From Catajapyx aquilonaris (Eukaryota): DNA of 46,485 nucleotides. The notes under the pieces are model-generated. The model was not told where the DNA came from, did not search any database, and was given only the letters and a program-made list of their open reading frames with translations. Position 1 is the stretch's first letter; each line of letters opens with the position of its first letter. This document shows, piece after piece, positions 9,621-24,100 of this stretch. The stretch is taken from NCBI GenBank assembly GCA_000934665.2, contig JYFJ02003095.1:1-46485 (forward strand), in the 5' to 3' direction. The position numbers and the translations under genes were made by a program.

Positions 9621-11165
9621 TACGGATGGAGCGCAAAGTTCTGCCACACAGCATCCCCGCAAATAATGATATTAGGAATGGGAAAGGCAAATGCAATCCA
9701 TCAACGTCAAACATCCCCCGCACGTGTAGGGTGGGCAGACCAGAAATTCTCTTTTCCTTAATTCATAAAGCCAACAAATGGCGAGTCGTGCTTTGCCCCC
9801 AGCCAGACCACCCCCCCCCCCTCCCCCCAAATAGCTACAAAAATAGGAGCACGCGTAGGGCCGGCTCAAATCAAGATTCGCTTACCATTGACTTAGAGCC
9901 CACGCACGCAAAGTCGGACACAAAGTGGCGGGGGCCTATCTTATTCTCCCACTCTATCATCTCATTAGTTCCAAAGACACATTCACTTCTCCCCAGCCCC
10001 CGCCATACAGTAAATACATCGTGCAGACATGCGATGCGGCCACTTCCAAATATTACGGCCACTTTGCTCATAATTTACGATCTTTGCGAGGGACCAAGTG
10101 CTCATATGTCATCGCATAATGCAGCAATAAAGCGCTGCGTGACTCCGGGTTATCTATCGAGGAAACATACGCGATCCTTACTGCAGCAAGCCAGCCAGCC
10201 AGCAACAAGTTGTATGGGAGCTGAGGCATCTATCCACCAAGTTCCAAGACATAATATTTGCAGAATGCTATTTCTCTCCTGCAAGTCAGTCAGGGTGGTG
10301 CAAAACTCACACCTGACTGTAGCTAATCGTTGCAGACAGGAAGTGTCGGGACAGGAGTTGATAAATGTCTCGCGTGTTGTTCTGCTGGAATAATTAATTG
10401 CTCTCGTGATTGTAGCCAGGCTCAGCAACGTTTTCCCCAGCAGAAAGCAGCAATTGAAAGTCAATTTCATCGTTGGTCGACCGCAAGGCCCGTCCTCTCC
10501 TTCCATAAATCACTAGTAACACGTAGACTATACTGCACAATAAGCTCGAGAGGCGCTACGGTTCGATTGGTAAGGTAAGAGAATATTATACTCGAATGTG
10601 TATAGGCAGCCTTTCACATGCGATGATGTCGTTCATACGACCTTTATTGCCCATGCAGTACTGTATGTACTGTACACTGCATTATTCACGTTATACAGAG
10701 AGGGGGAAACATTAAATTGCTGTACACGTTAGGGATTGAGACCAACAGACACACAGTACGTGCGTCATATCCAAAAAATTATGCCATTGCATGTATAGAA
10801 TACAGGCCGTTCACAATTTTTTAAAAACTGTACAATGAGCTCACATTTCAAGGAATAAATTACACGACTGTGAGATTTCTCTGGAGGTCATTGGCTGTTG
10901 AAGAAATTGCGAGGAAATACTCTGTGTTATTACTCAATTTTGGAGAAATAAGGTTGAAGAGCGATCAAATTCTTTTTTGGTCGAAGTTTTGTTGCAACAC
11001 TTATTATACGTGATTTTTTTGTGAAGTCCAAGTTAGTTTTAGTATGCGGTATATCATTACAGTCCCCTAAACAAATATTTACATACATTTACATTACATC
11101 GTGGCTTAATTCCCATAGAGGGGTAGCCAGCAGTAACCAGGCCACCTCATTAAATTACATACCGG

Positions 11166-11290
11166 TACGTCTAAGTTTGTAGTTGCGGGTTTAGTCTTGT
11201 CTTGCATCCAGGTTTTTTTCTTTGAAACAAATATATTTTGAAAGAAAAAAAACAGGATGCAACAAACCCGGAACTACAAACTTAGACGTA
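11166..11290. mobile_element. 125-bp palindromic MITE with TA ends (Tc1/mariner-type derivative)
   Basis: TACGTCTAAGTTTGTAGTT...AACTACAAACTTAGACGTA; pairing continues through TTGCATCC/GGATGCAA and T/A tracts almost to the centre. Confidence 0.8.
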
Positions 11291-14200
11291 TCTAGTAGAA
11301 GTAGACTATATTTTTTATTCCCGGTCTTTTTTTAGAGAAAATTTAATGTCACCAAATATGTCTGTTTCTTTACGGCACCCACTTACTATTTACAGTAGTT
11401 TTCTCTACATTTTTGTATAGGCCTACAGCATGTTAGAAGTCTAGTGGTGTCGGGATATAGACGTGGAGCACTCCAAAATCTTTAACTCTTGATGGGATAT
11501 ATGGCATCAAACCCGCTCAATTTTTTCGCCAGACTTACTGCAATGTGTGGCAATAATAACTCTTCAGTGAGACAACAATATTATATGGAGTTTTATGCCA
11601 CTGAAACAGATAGAATGATAATACGGGACACGATGCATAGTAGATCAGAATTATTCTAAAGGTTTTCTGATAAGGGCAATATTGTCTTGCATGCGGTAGC
11701 CTACTATTAACGCGCAAGTATTAAAACTACATCCACAAACGTAAACATCCTGACATTTTCCTTCTGCCTAATATCCATGCTATACTGCTGTCACTCACTG
11801 TCGTACAGTACAAACCCGCAAGCTATTGTATCGTTCTTTTCAAACTATTCTTCCGTCACCCCGCTGTGATGGCACGTTTATGCTCCAACGCAAAATGTTC
11901 CTCATTAGTCTAATCTACCATAATTATCATGAAACCAATAATTCGTGCCACTGTGCTCTGATTATACTGTACAGAGACTATACAGTACGCAGTCGTACAT
12001 AAAAAACACAATGTATAATTATCTGACTATCACAGAGCAGTATGTTTTCGTTTCGGTCCAGCTAGTAGACTACTTCTCTTCTGTTTTGTGGAAATATGAC
12101 TGCGGTATTGTATGCGGTGATGTTATGATATGAAAAGCGACAATATTCCAAATGAAGAAACCAATGCTGATGCCAGCAGGAGTATTATTAGTCCATCAAT
12201 AAAAGGAGCAGCGATTGTATGATGGATGGCATGTGTTCGGTCCGAAAAGATTGCCTGTCGGGCAACGTTAATTTCCCCCATGCAAAGCGATGGCTACAGA
12301 AATAATTTATGCATCATGTCTTGTTCCAAGTCAGGTAAACACTTGTGTTGAGCAATATCCTTCATTGACAACAATAATTATACAAGTGCCCCTTTCAACG
12401 AGATACTCCAATTCGCTGCCACCTGTCACCAGCAAAATATTTTTTTGATAACAATACATACAGCTTGAGTAGGTCTAATACCTTGTCACAAAGTTTTCCG
12501 AGTGGTTTTTTTCCATCTGTCGCACACATCGACGTGATGACAAATGGGACTTTTTTTCCAGGCCGAGTTCCCTCTGACAAAATCTGCCAGACCTGTTTTC
12601 CGCAACCAATGGTATCGCGCACAAAGCGTTATACCGACCTGTCGGAAAGTGACACCTGCTCATTTTTTGTAAGAAAAAAATACTCTTGTGTACTCTGCCT
12701 AGATGTTATTACACGTTTATTTAACAATAAACTTTCATCCTATACTCTTTGTCATTCATATATAGCTTGTCCATTCAAATTCAAAGAGAGTAACAGTGCT
12801 TACTTCGCAGTTATTTTGCTGGACTCGTTTTACTGGCAGCTGCCTAAAAATATATTGTAGCCGAATAAAAATCGAATTTATAAATATGTGCAGTTTTTAA
12901 AATTCTAAGTCATTGCGAGTACTATGGCGCTTTTAGGTCTCCTCATTCCCTAAAAAAGAGGCCCATCGGAATTACATACATATTCAGGAGAAAAGTTTCA
13001 CAAAGAAAACGTTTCACATCGCCTTGCAGAATGATTCGTATTTATTCTCCTGCGGGAAAAGGACTCCATTCCGTCTTGTTAGAGAAACCCACTCGCCCGA
13101 AGGAAAAATAATGGATACTGGATAAATATAGGAGATGATAAACAGTAAGAGAGTGTCCCCTTAGGCGCAATTTACAGTGCGCTGAAACAACACGTATATG
13201 GTTACAATCCAACGAGGTGACACAAACATTACTGTATAACGAGTAAGCAGCATGAAAACACTTTGAAACAATGAATCTGCTGGTAATTACAAGGGGTCAA
13301 CTTGGCACGGTGGCTAATTTGCTTTATATTTTGTGGCACCTTGTTTGACGGGAAAATTATCGGTTTATCTTCGAGTAACCTGCACGGTAGGATCCGTGAC
13401 TAGGGGAGTGAATTATCTGATGCGAATACGGGGTGGTAGGAAGGTCATTTGATATCAGGTCAGATCCAGATCATAAATCTAGTGACCTTCAAGCCGGATT
13501 TGAACTTTGCATTTCTAAGAGTTTACTGCTATAGGAACTCAAAGGGGAGACAGGCTTCAGTTCATAACCCACTTCACTCAAACCTGCTGTTCCTCAGAAT
13601 ATATTCTGGGGACTCATTATCTATTCCATTTTCCTCCGCAAGAAGTCGCGCTAAGCAGAGATTGGAGACTTTGCCTAACCGCAGCTTCCCAAAGTTGAAG
13701 CGACAGTACGTATAAAGGTCGACCACATTCTTAGAGATTTACTTTCGATTCGGACACAATCCTGACCCCTGCAGACTCGGAATAAGGCAAAGCGGAGGGA
13801 GAGGGATTTAAAAACAATATCCCGCACTGAGAAAGGCAAATAATGGGATTAGAAACTTAATGCAAATTTGAAGCGCTTTCGTTAAACTTGCCAGAATTTC
13901 AACGATGAGGAAAGAGAGTAAGGCTCAGGAGCTTCGGAGTTTTTTTTAAAGGACACTAACCCCAGACCACTTGGTGTCATATTTATTCAAACTTTTTACT
14001 CCCTACACGCTGTGGGCAATTTAATTTTGAAAAAAAATGCATTTTAAAGAGGCTATATACATATAGCAATAATTACCAGGAGGAAGTTAAGCTGAAAATT
14101 ACAGAAATTCTTAAATTACCGGTACTGGTACATGAGGCATCATACCTTTAAAGTTATATAAAATCAGCACAAAATACTGTACCGGTACCTATAGGCTACT

Positions 14201-16719
14201 ATACAGTATAAATTATTTCCTATGCGACTTGAATATGTCAATTACTCCTGCAAGTAATACGATGAATAGTATTGTTTCAGCCGCTTGGCATGATGTTATT
14301 GAGTGGCTAGTCCTAGAAGAATCAAACACTGTCAGGCGATGCAACACCAGCAACAAAATAATTTGGCTGTACAACCACGCCACGGCCGCAACGGCCTTCA
14401 CTAGTTCTGGCATGCCGAAAATCGCCTGCAGATTACTGTCACGGTAATTACACCTGCCAATCTATAAGCGGTGTACAGTGTGCGTGATTCCAATCCGTAA
14501 ATTTGGGTTGGGAAATTGATGGCACATCACTCCGTTTTTCGGAGGGTCTGTAAACAAATATTTCAAACAATGCCCCCAATATGGGGGTTGGCCAGGTGAA
14601 TAGGCTCGGTATCACTCCTTATCGCCTTTTGATTACAAGCAATAACAAACTTTACATCATAATGGACATAATCTGATAAGCAGGTTAACTATTGGAGAGA
14701 CACCTATTCCAGCTGTGACGATGTAGGTGACCAATTAGTTGCAACAATCATAAGGTGGTGCCTATATAATAATTATTTAGTTATTTTAATTAAATTATTA
14801 CAGGGTAAGACGGTAGTACACTCTGCGAATGTTACACTACACAGTATAGTGTACAAACTAAATAAAGGGGTTCCACTCAGGAAACACTCTGAAAGCATTT
14901 CAAAACATGTGGTACATTCCCCCTGCGCATGCGTCAGGAATTGTTTGGAACACTCGATTGATTGTACCCAGCCCTTTAGGAAAGTTGCTTCCTGCCCTTC
15001 TGAAAACCTCCAATGGCAGTCAAATCACGTTGATTGCATCGCATTTGGAAACAGTTCGAGCATCCTTCATCCTGGAACAATAGTCTATCAGAGTGAATCA
15101 TAACATGCCTAACACTTGTCGTTGGCAGGAACATTACATTGATGCGCCCCTTAGCGGAAAATGAGTTATTCTTTCTTTCAAACTTACAGTACAGTATAGA
15201 GTAGGCCAGTGACATCTTTGTTTTAAGCAATGATATTTAATAGGAAACAAACAGTAGGAAACAGTAGACTAGGATTTAGCCAAAACTTTACCTTTAACCT
15301 CGGCCTACCGTGGACTTCTAAAAAAAACTGGATTGCACCCACAGAATTTAGATTGATTGCTCCATTTTTAGATACCAATTGTAAGTCGAGTGCCGTGACC
15401 CTTTAAAGACGCAATCAAAAAAGTTCGGAAAAGGCACTCTAACTTGAGGCAGCTGGAACCCTATCTAAAACATTTTTATTGCCAAGGAATTGTTTCTTTC
15501 TACTAACCATTGCCATAATCGTATAACAAATGCATGTGACACTTTTTAGAACCCACGTAAAGTGAAGTGCATGGAAATCACCATCACTACTTTTCCCCAA
15601 GTTTGAACTTTTTATAATATTGCATAATACAGGCCAACTACAAGTTACGGCAGAGAATGCAAGCTCCAAATTTTCCTGAAATAAGCCCCACGATGAAAAT
15701 CTCCATGATATAACAATCTGCGATAACCGTTGGCATGATAACACTTTCATTCTCGCAAAAAAGTAAGCACTAATTGGGTTGTGAACTTGTGATACCACTA
15801 GTGAGATATGCATACATTTCCATCAGTGAACTTTGGGCATATCTTCTTGGCTACTACAACACTAACGTAAGCAATCTGGGTGTAAGCCCATCCCGCTTAG
15901 GTCATGTTCCGAAAAGTAGGTTCGTTCCTCGTTTCTCGATCGTTCAGGGTATTCCCCTTCTCCATTTTCCTCCTCTTCCCATCTTCCCCGCACCACAACA
16001 GGAAGACTAATATAAAGTTATGGCGGTGCAAGAAGCGGACTTTTTTGGGGTACACCTTGTACTTCAATTTGGGCGCCTTTCCGGCCGCTTAATTGTGTTT
16101 CAGGGGCTCAAGTAGTAGTGGGAATCTTCTAAAGGTGGAGGCCATCCATTACAATTTAAACTCCGTCCACCTGACTTCCTTCTCTTTCACGCCTACTGTA
16201 GATACTCGGAAAGTAGGCCCTCTGGAGACGACTTGGAGGGCTACAGAAGATACAAGGTATCTCGACTCCGCCTGCCTGCCTGTCGCTTCAATTCTTCCGT
16301 CAGCCAGCCAACGACTCCTCTTTTGCTGCTTCCACATAATACGGTCCGAGTGGCGGGGACGCATGCTTCAAGGGAAAGAAAAGGAGGGAAAAGGGGAAGG
16401 AGGAGGAGGGAAGAAAGAAGCGGAAACGGGACCCATAGGAACAAAAGTTTTACTTCCCCTTGGGCTGTTCTCTGGACATTGTTACACGCAGTTTGTTGTG
16501 ATCTACATGTCCTATAACTTGTTACGCGCTACTGTAGATATATAGGGTGAGTCTGAAGAGCAGGTCGATCTCCATTTGGCCCAAAGCTAGTCTAAAATGT
16601 AGGGGTTAGAAATGTGGAAGATATAACTTTCAGTTGTTGAGAGTCCCCATTTTTGTCCGACCCGCCATGTTCCAGCAAAAAGAAACATTGTTGATTCCTA
16701 GATCAGCTTAAAAATTAAA

Positions 16720-16781
<62 letters not shown>
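16720..16781. repeat. (ATT)n microsatellite, about 20 units
   Basis: Read directly. Confidence 0.98.
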
Positions 16782-17579
16782 GGAGAATTTGAAGATCACA
16801 GAGCTTTTTTTAAGTACAATGAAAGTTGGAGCTCGTCAAGAAAGTTCCACACAGTATGTTGACTCGTTATAGTTGGTAGGCTCTTGAATATAATTATGTC
16901 CGAGATTCCCCAGAAAAGCAGACATCACTGACAGTGATGAGAATATTTTCCAAATTTTTTGGTGTTAATATTTGTAATTTGTTAAAATTTGCAGATTTTT
17001 TAAACATGCACAATAATTAATCAAAACGTGATAAAACGCCCAGGCTATTCTACCAATGTGTCCAGACAGTTATTAGTTACAGTACCGCATGTGTCTTAGG
17101 ATTAAATAAATAAAGTTAGAGTGCAATACACTGCCCAATTATTATGATAGTTAATATATTTCACTGTCCAAGGCTATCCTAAGTAACCCAGCAACCCAAA
17201 CGACAAAATTTAGACTTATCTGGTAGTGTACGGCTGTACGCGTATGTTCTATGCACGCAGCTTTACGCTATAGGCCGATGTGTTCGCCACTTACTGTATC
17301 TTTAATGTGGTAGGTGTTGCTACCTAGAGGCCTTGGTAGGAGCAGGTCAAACCCTTGGTCCAAACTATGAGTGGTCAGCTGTCTGAACCGGTCTGAACTG
17401 ATCAGCTGGTGGCGAAAATATAAATTAAGAGTGGCTTGACAGCAGCCATTTTGATATAACTCTCCTACGTTGCCAAGTTTCAGTGATATGCACTACTCTA
17501 AAGACACTAAGTTAATCATTGTGCCATGTGGGTTGCCTTTCTTAGTCAGGATAATTTTGAACAGGTCCTTTCTGTAGGG

Positions 17580-17796
17580 CAGGGGTTTCCAACCTTTTTG
17601 CACCCGCGACCCCCCAAATCACCTAAAATTTCTCCACGGCCCCCCGTGCAAAAGTAACATACATAAATCTTTAATGAAGCAGCCAAACAATACAAGAAAT
17701 TTCCTCACAATATTAATACAAAACACCAAATATGGTACAATGCCTCTCACGGCCCCCTTGGGGAGCCACGACTCCCAGGTTGGGAACCCCCGCCTG
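17580..17796. mobile_element. hAT (Charlie-like) MITE, 217 bp
   Basis: Ends CAGGGGTTTCCAACC...GGTTGGGAACCCCCGCCTG; 8-bp TSD CTGTAGGG at 17572-17579 and 17797-17804. Confidence 0.9.
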
Positions 17797-20738
17797 CTGT
17801 AGGGAGAGTGTTTTTGTGAGGACGGCAGGGATGGGTACAGTTCTATGCTTAAGGGTACCAACCTATTTATCGACCGTATCCTAACAAGAAGTAATTAAAA
17901 ATAAGCCATGCAAATATACTGTAGGCTATATACACCTTCCGGAAAGAGCAAGTTTACATTAATTTAGCGTATTGTTTTAAACCTAAGCTATTTTCAGCCA
18001 TGCACAGTTATACAGTAGTAGGGTATTCTTAACAATTTATCCTGCCTGTCCATTTATATGACGCTACTCTATTATTTAATTATCATAGCATTAGATTAGT
18101 GTATACTTTTGGAGCACACTCTTGTAGCACAAACCACTCTGGCATGCACTCGGAATAAATTGATCCTGCGCAGCGTACAACCAGTGACAAAGTAAGCCCA
18201 ATGTGGATGTGACAGACATAGCTAAATTCTGGTTAATCCCGGTGACTTAAAACCAATTCCAAAGGAATAATACACCTTATTATTCACCTCTACCACTGTA
18301 GGGTTATTATTGATTCGGGGTTTCACTCTCTGTTCGGGAATGAAAATCCGAGTACGGCAAAACTTAATGCAATTTATATTCCTGATACAATCACCGGGGT
18401 GATAACGACTGTCCTCGCCGGTCATGGCCGATTGTCATCACGTCTCCGTCCAAAATCCATGTGTTTGTCGGATCCGTTTAGGACGCGTCATGTCAGCACG
18501 TAGCGTGCGTACTGATTTATGTACAGTATACTGTGGCAGATTTGTCCACAGCCAGCTTTGGTCTGCACTGACAAGCCGGAAACCTGTACTGTACCACTAA
18601 TATATGAGCACGTTATTGTTTGATTTCATTTCAGTCCCAGAATTGTGCACCTCATGTATATTGCACAGCAGTATGACAATAGCAGTCCCCATATTAATTA
18701 ATTTTTAAAGACTCCTACCATTAAATACGCATCAGTTTGTCCGATTGCTAGTCGAGTTATACAAACAAATCATTTTCTTTCCAACCAAACAATTTGTTGC
18801 GTAAAAGCACCATATAGAGCCCCAAACTCTGGCGAGTAGCAAAAGAAATATTGATCGGAGAAGCTTGTTGGTACAAGTGCCCATATCGGTTTTAGAATAA
18901 CAGTGACTGGTGCAAAAGAAGACCCCTCAAGTGTGTCGGGGAACATTTTGGACGTATATCCAAGCATCTTTTCCACCCGGAAGCGCCTGCCTCGAATGAA
19001 TCATTCCAAAGACCTGATACATACATACATATATAAAGGCAGAGGAGGAATATTTGAAGCAGGGAAGAAGACAGCCAAGCGTGCAAATACGCCTGAAGGG
19101 CGATTTTTCATAGGTCGCCGCCCTTATTTCCCTTCTCCCAAAACATTATTTTTCTTCTGTGATAAGCCGCCTGATCGAATTTCTCCCATCTGAATAGACG
19201 AGCTGGATTTCCCTAGGGTGAATCCCCCTGGCGCACACGCTAAGCAAATAGTTGGACACAATGCCCACAGCAAAGAGCCATCGCGGTTGTTTGAACACGG
19301 GAATGACGAAAAGGGGGGAAATGGGAAGGGGGGATCATCTACTACTTTAGGCTGCTGCCCTTTAGGCCTAGCTCCCCACGCCACAGCTTCCAGAGTTGCC
19401 ATGTACCTCCTTCTGGCAACCGCACCTTTCACCTAACTCGTATAAGCTAACTTAGAGTATCGTTCTGTGGCTATACTCTAGGGGGACCCAACCTCCATTT
19501 GCTCCAGAATGATCGGCTATAGCGTATACCTACGCGGCGTCCTCTTTTAGGTTTGAGGGCTGTTTGAGTGCTGGGACTGTCCACTCCATTTCCCACTTGG
19601 ATAAGCTTCAAACCGCAGGACTAACACAATTTGGTATAGCCCAATTGTAGTCCTAACCTCACTCGCATTACGGCTTATAGTGTCATTAAGCATGCTACTC
19701 GTGCTGCATCGGCATGTAACATGCAGGAGAACATTGGACGTGTGTTCTCTAATCGATGGATGGGGTACATTATTCAAGCACTGGCCTCCTTCTCCTTTCG
19801 CCTAAAAACTGGTCCAACCTAATAATGGAGTACAGGGTGTTTCAAAACTGTCACTGTATGTGCAAACCACTAAGGCTGAAGATCATGACACTAATCCTCA
19901 GTAGGCAACATTCGTCACTCTGCATTATAAACGTATACGATTTCAACAAAGAGGCAACCCAGCCCCTCATTTAGGATAGTTAAGAGGCGGCGTTTGGGAA
20001 TCCCCCCTATGTTGCCCCCCAGCAAAGTAATCAAGAAAGATGTTCCCATCGGCTTCTCATTGATTTCCCGTAACTGTATTTGCTTTCTATTAGGTGAGGG
20101 AGGACAAAAATGCCCGGGTGAAAGCAGGTTTTGAGGTCGGTCGAGCAAATGGAGGTAATATACACAACAGAAGGCCCCGAGGTGGTATGGAGGGTGTGGA
20201 AACACAAGGAGCAGTTTCAGAGGTCGCCGACACAAAAATGGAAGCACAACCCGTGACAGAATATTGCATTTCTAATCCCAATTGACAGAGGCAATCTTCC
20301 TTAGCCCGGAGAGTCACAGGTGTCATTCGAGCGAACCAATGATGTGGATATATTGAGAAAAAGACCAGTGGTAGCAAATAATAACAAAACCTATTTTCAC
20401 GTCAGCACATGCAGTATGGCGACATTTGATCACATAATGTCTGATTGTGTTGGGTTGCACGAAGCGGGTTTTTTGCCATGGAGAGGCGCATTGCGTGCAT
20501 AACTTGTTTTTCTGTCAGCTTGCATATCACAAATGACATTCGATGGGATCAAGAGGAGGAGCCCAGGCAGGCTACATGTCTATTACCTGTCCCAGTTCGT
20601 TGGAACTCCACAGAAAACAACAACAAAAAGTATGAACGTGCGAGCTTTGGGGTGATAGATTGAAAATCAGAACTGCCCTTATCTAGTCAATCTAATATTT
20701 GACAATACAATAACAGCTTTGATCATAGTATGTGTTAA

Positions 20739-21152
20739 AGGGACACTCCACTCAAAATACAAGTTGGGTTCTAAAGATCGGACAAGAAATCCTGATTCCG
20801 AGGGTACAAGCAGTTTTTCTTAGAGACGAACGGTAAGGCCAGTGTGAAAGCTGGAAGTGTGTCGTTCGAAAACCGCGCGCGGGGCGGTGGGCGCAGGTGG
20901 CGACACCACCAGAGTGGAACCGGGCGGAACTAGACCAGGGACGCCTGGCGCGGCAGGTGTTTATTGTACGCGCTATACTTCTCCAGTTTGCCGCGGGATG
21001 GTGCTGTATCGCCCTTCTTAGCAGACGACGTGTGTAGATATATGATTTTCCGTGTTACCGTTGGGCGTAGAAAAAAACCGATTGCACATTCGGAATCAGG
21101 ATTTTTTTCCCGATTTTTGGGGGCCAACTTGTATTTTGAGTGGAGTGTCCCT
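20739..21152. mobile_element. Kolobok-type non-autonomous DNA transposon, 414 bp
   Basis: TTAA TSDs (20735-20738, 21153-21156), AG termini, 29-bp perfect TIR AGGGACACTCCACTCAAAATACAAGTTGG extending imperfectly to about 95 bp. Confidence 0.9.
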
Positions 21153-24100
21153 TTAAACAGATGCATAATTATATGTTAATTCTCAATATATTTTGTAGCA
21201 CATACTCATAATGGTAGTATTATTGAATATTGTCGTCTAAAACCAACATGGAAGACAATATATTTAATAGATCCGCGTGCGTCAATATTTATTAACAAAC
21301 GAGATGCTCGGAGGTTTCATGATATGTCACCAGGTAGTAGCAGAAGGGCCTGAAACCAGGCTAATATGAGCGTATGCAATGGGTAGAACGAGTGAAATTA
21401 GCTTTCCTTTTTTACCGTAATGACCCAGCTATACTAGTCCCCTTTAGATAATAGTTAGGCAGGAGTCTTAATTATCCATGAGTGCATATTATTACTGGGG
21501 CAAGTTATGCTTATTAAGAAGGTGTCTAAAGCATGGTGGATACTGGCAAATATAAGCGAAATGCAAATGACAGTGTTGGCAAAGTACAGTTGCGACTGTG
21601 GTTTACTGAAGCATTATTTAATTAACTAGAGTTGCGATTTATAGAGCAAATAATTGGTGTTGATATGATCATGAATCAATAACTACAGTATATTAGTATT
21701 TATTCTGGACCACAGGGCAAATCCCATAATGGCTGATGGGTTCAGTTCAACAATTGCCAGTGAAACAGGCGCTGACAAACGTTCAGGCCTATAAAAAGGG
21801 TCATTTTTAGTGAGGCGAATTGTTTTAAATGCGCGCCATCATTTAAGGGCTTGTCGTTTCTTATTTGCTTTTATTAGGGCTGCATGTCAGGAATTTCAAT
21901 TTGCCGAGCACGAGTCTAACAAAACTAGAATAGACAGTATTGTGTGGCTGGCAATGTGCGAATTTCCAACCGAGATTGCCGATTGCTATCTGCAAATTAC
22001 GACATCAAAAATAGTCAAGACTCCAAGCCCTGTGGGGGTATATAGCAAAATAATCACGCAATTTTGCGATTCGTCATTCAAGCAGCAGGATTTTTTTTAT
22101 GGAACCAACTGGAACACCCCATGACTAGTCTACCAGAAATCTTCCATCGCGTCTGTCGCAATCAATTCCTTTTCTTTTATTCCGTCCATTCTCATTTCTC
22201 TTCTGCTGTCGCCCTCTTGGTCCACTCGATTCCCTCAACCATTCAGGGTCGCCTTTATTCTTGGTCTGCTGCCATCCAAAGTCACGTAAGCTAGACCACC
22301 TTTCCCCCCAATCCAATTGCACGGACCAAAAGTGTGTGTCAATGGTGACCACCAATTGTATAGAGTATAGACACAATCACGGTTATTTTAAAAAAAATCG
22401 ATTCACGATTGTGGGATACATAACTGGGGCCAGAGTTCATCAGATTCCTAGGCACCTGTTACAGCAGCTTTCCTGGTCGTTTTTTCTCCCCCTTTTCGCC
22501 ATCTGCTCCGTTCCCCAAGACATTCCGGGCTCGTGATGAGAACCTCAAAATACCATTCTTGACTATAGCTCCTATTTTCTCGCAAAGCTTGGGTTCCGCT
22601 AAACATAGGCCTCCCTTGCCTAAACCCCCAACACTATACGTGGGACCGTCAAATAATACTCATGTCTTCATTCCCCACTCTATGCATTTTCATAACAAGC
22701 TCATTCTTTCCCTCTCGTTCGCTAATATCCGGAACGCCCAAATGGGATTGCCTCGCTATCTAAAAAGTATGCAAACTCTTCGGATTGGCACAAAGTAATG
22801 GAAGAGTACTGTTTTGCATTGCAAATAATGGGAGGGGGTTCGGAGTATTTATCATTGTATCTTTCTAACCGGTAATCAGGGAGAGGAACAAAGGCCGGGG
22901 GAAATGAGAGTCTCTGTTTTTTCAGAGTCTTGGTAGAAAAACATGGTTTCTGTGGCACGTAGTGTCCGAGCCGGAGTTATTCGAGCAGCAAACTCCTGGG
23001 CGAGGCAGTAGGAATCCCTTGTTTCTCGGTAGAAAGCCTTAGGTCCACTCGCACCTACAGTATAATCAAAGAACTGGGGCCGAGGGGCAGAGAATCCTAA
23101 TGAGCACCTCTCTCTCGGTTGCCCTGGACGCCTAAAAGGGGAGAGAACTCATTCTGGCTCTTGGCAGCGGCTGGGGCCACAAGAGATGCTGGCGTTAAAT
23201 GGGGCGTGACAGGGACCTTTGTCCCCACGGAATTGCCAAAGCGACAAATCCACACAAAAAATACGAGCCTGAGAGAAGGACGCCTCTAATTCTCATTTAG
23301 GAGCTGCATTACGAGCTGCTTAGAGGTTTCCCGGTTTCTGGTCAGGGCCAAATTACGATCTCCCCACCACACGAGCTGTAGCTGATGAATCCAGAGAGAG
23401 GATCACAGGTGTTACACAGACCCTGCGTCCAATCGCATTATTCTAGGCACTTGACCGACTCATGCCCTGCACCTACAGTATGGCGTCTAAAGCTTGCCAG
23501 AGCACGAGCTGAACTTTGGTAACAAGGGGTGCTAAAGGTTTCTTGTGGTTCAGCCAAGGTCGGACTCACTAACCACTTGTTGCCACAGGATTAGAAGAGA
23601 ATGATTAATGCAGTGTTAGCAACATTCACAGACACAAAACCTATATGTTTAAATAATGTACAGGTATATAAGAAGTGAAAACACTAGGCCGATTAAATAT
23701 GTAAATGGTGCATAAATGTTTGGCTGTGTACATATGCACTGAAGACGCTGATTGTTGCTTCTGTTACGGGATGCTCGAGTTAACAACTCCATAGCTTCTT
23801 CCCAGTGCGTCAACCTATACTGTATATTGAGGTTGAGGCTTGGCTCAAAATGGAGTGGCTGGTAGCGAAGGTCTTTAGGTCCCATTAGCGTAAAACAGAC
23901 AAAATGGGTCCTAAATGTCCAGAGCGACGAGGAACGCATTTAAAATTTACAGCAGATTATTCATTTTAAGACGCTAACGACTTTTACACTGCGCCATTCA
24001 ATTACACACTTCTCTTCGTTGTTATTCAAGCATTAGTCCCACCCAAATTGTCCAACCATTCGAAAATTGTGACTCACTGTCGCTTAATTAACATGCACGC

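Noticed and set aside
9626..10393. 255-aa plus-strand ORF
   Set aside because: No recognisable domain, S/H/R/C-rich composition, spans a poly-C tract and has no splice support
12200..12700. Degenerate pogo or piggyBac transposase (GKQVWQILSEG...MCATDG)
   Set aside because: Only vague resemblance to two different families, multiple stops, and no catalytic motif or TIRs found; needs an HMM search
13946..15406. Single 1.4-kb Kolobok element bounded by TTAAAGG...CCTTTAA
   Set aside because: Ends match only for the first 7 bases; more likely independent fragments
18547..18560. miR-2-like CACAGCCAGCTTTG
   Set aside because: 5' seed start (TAT) missing and no complementary precursor arm
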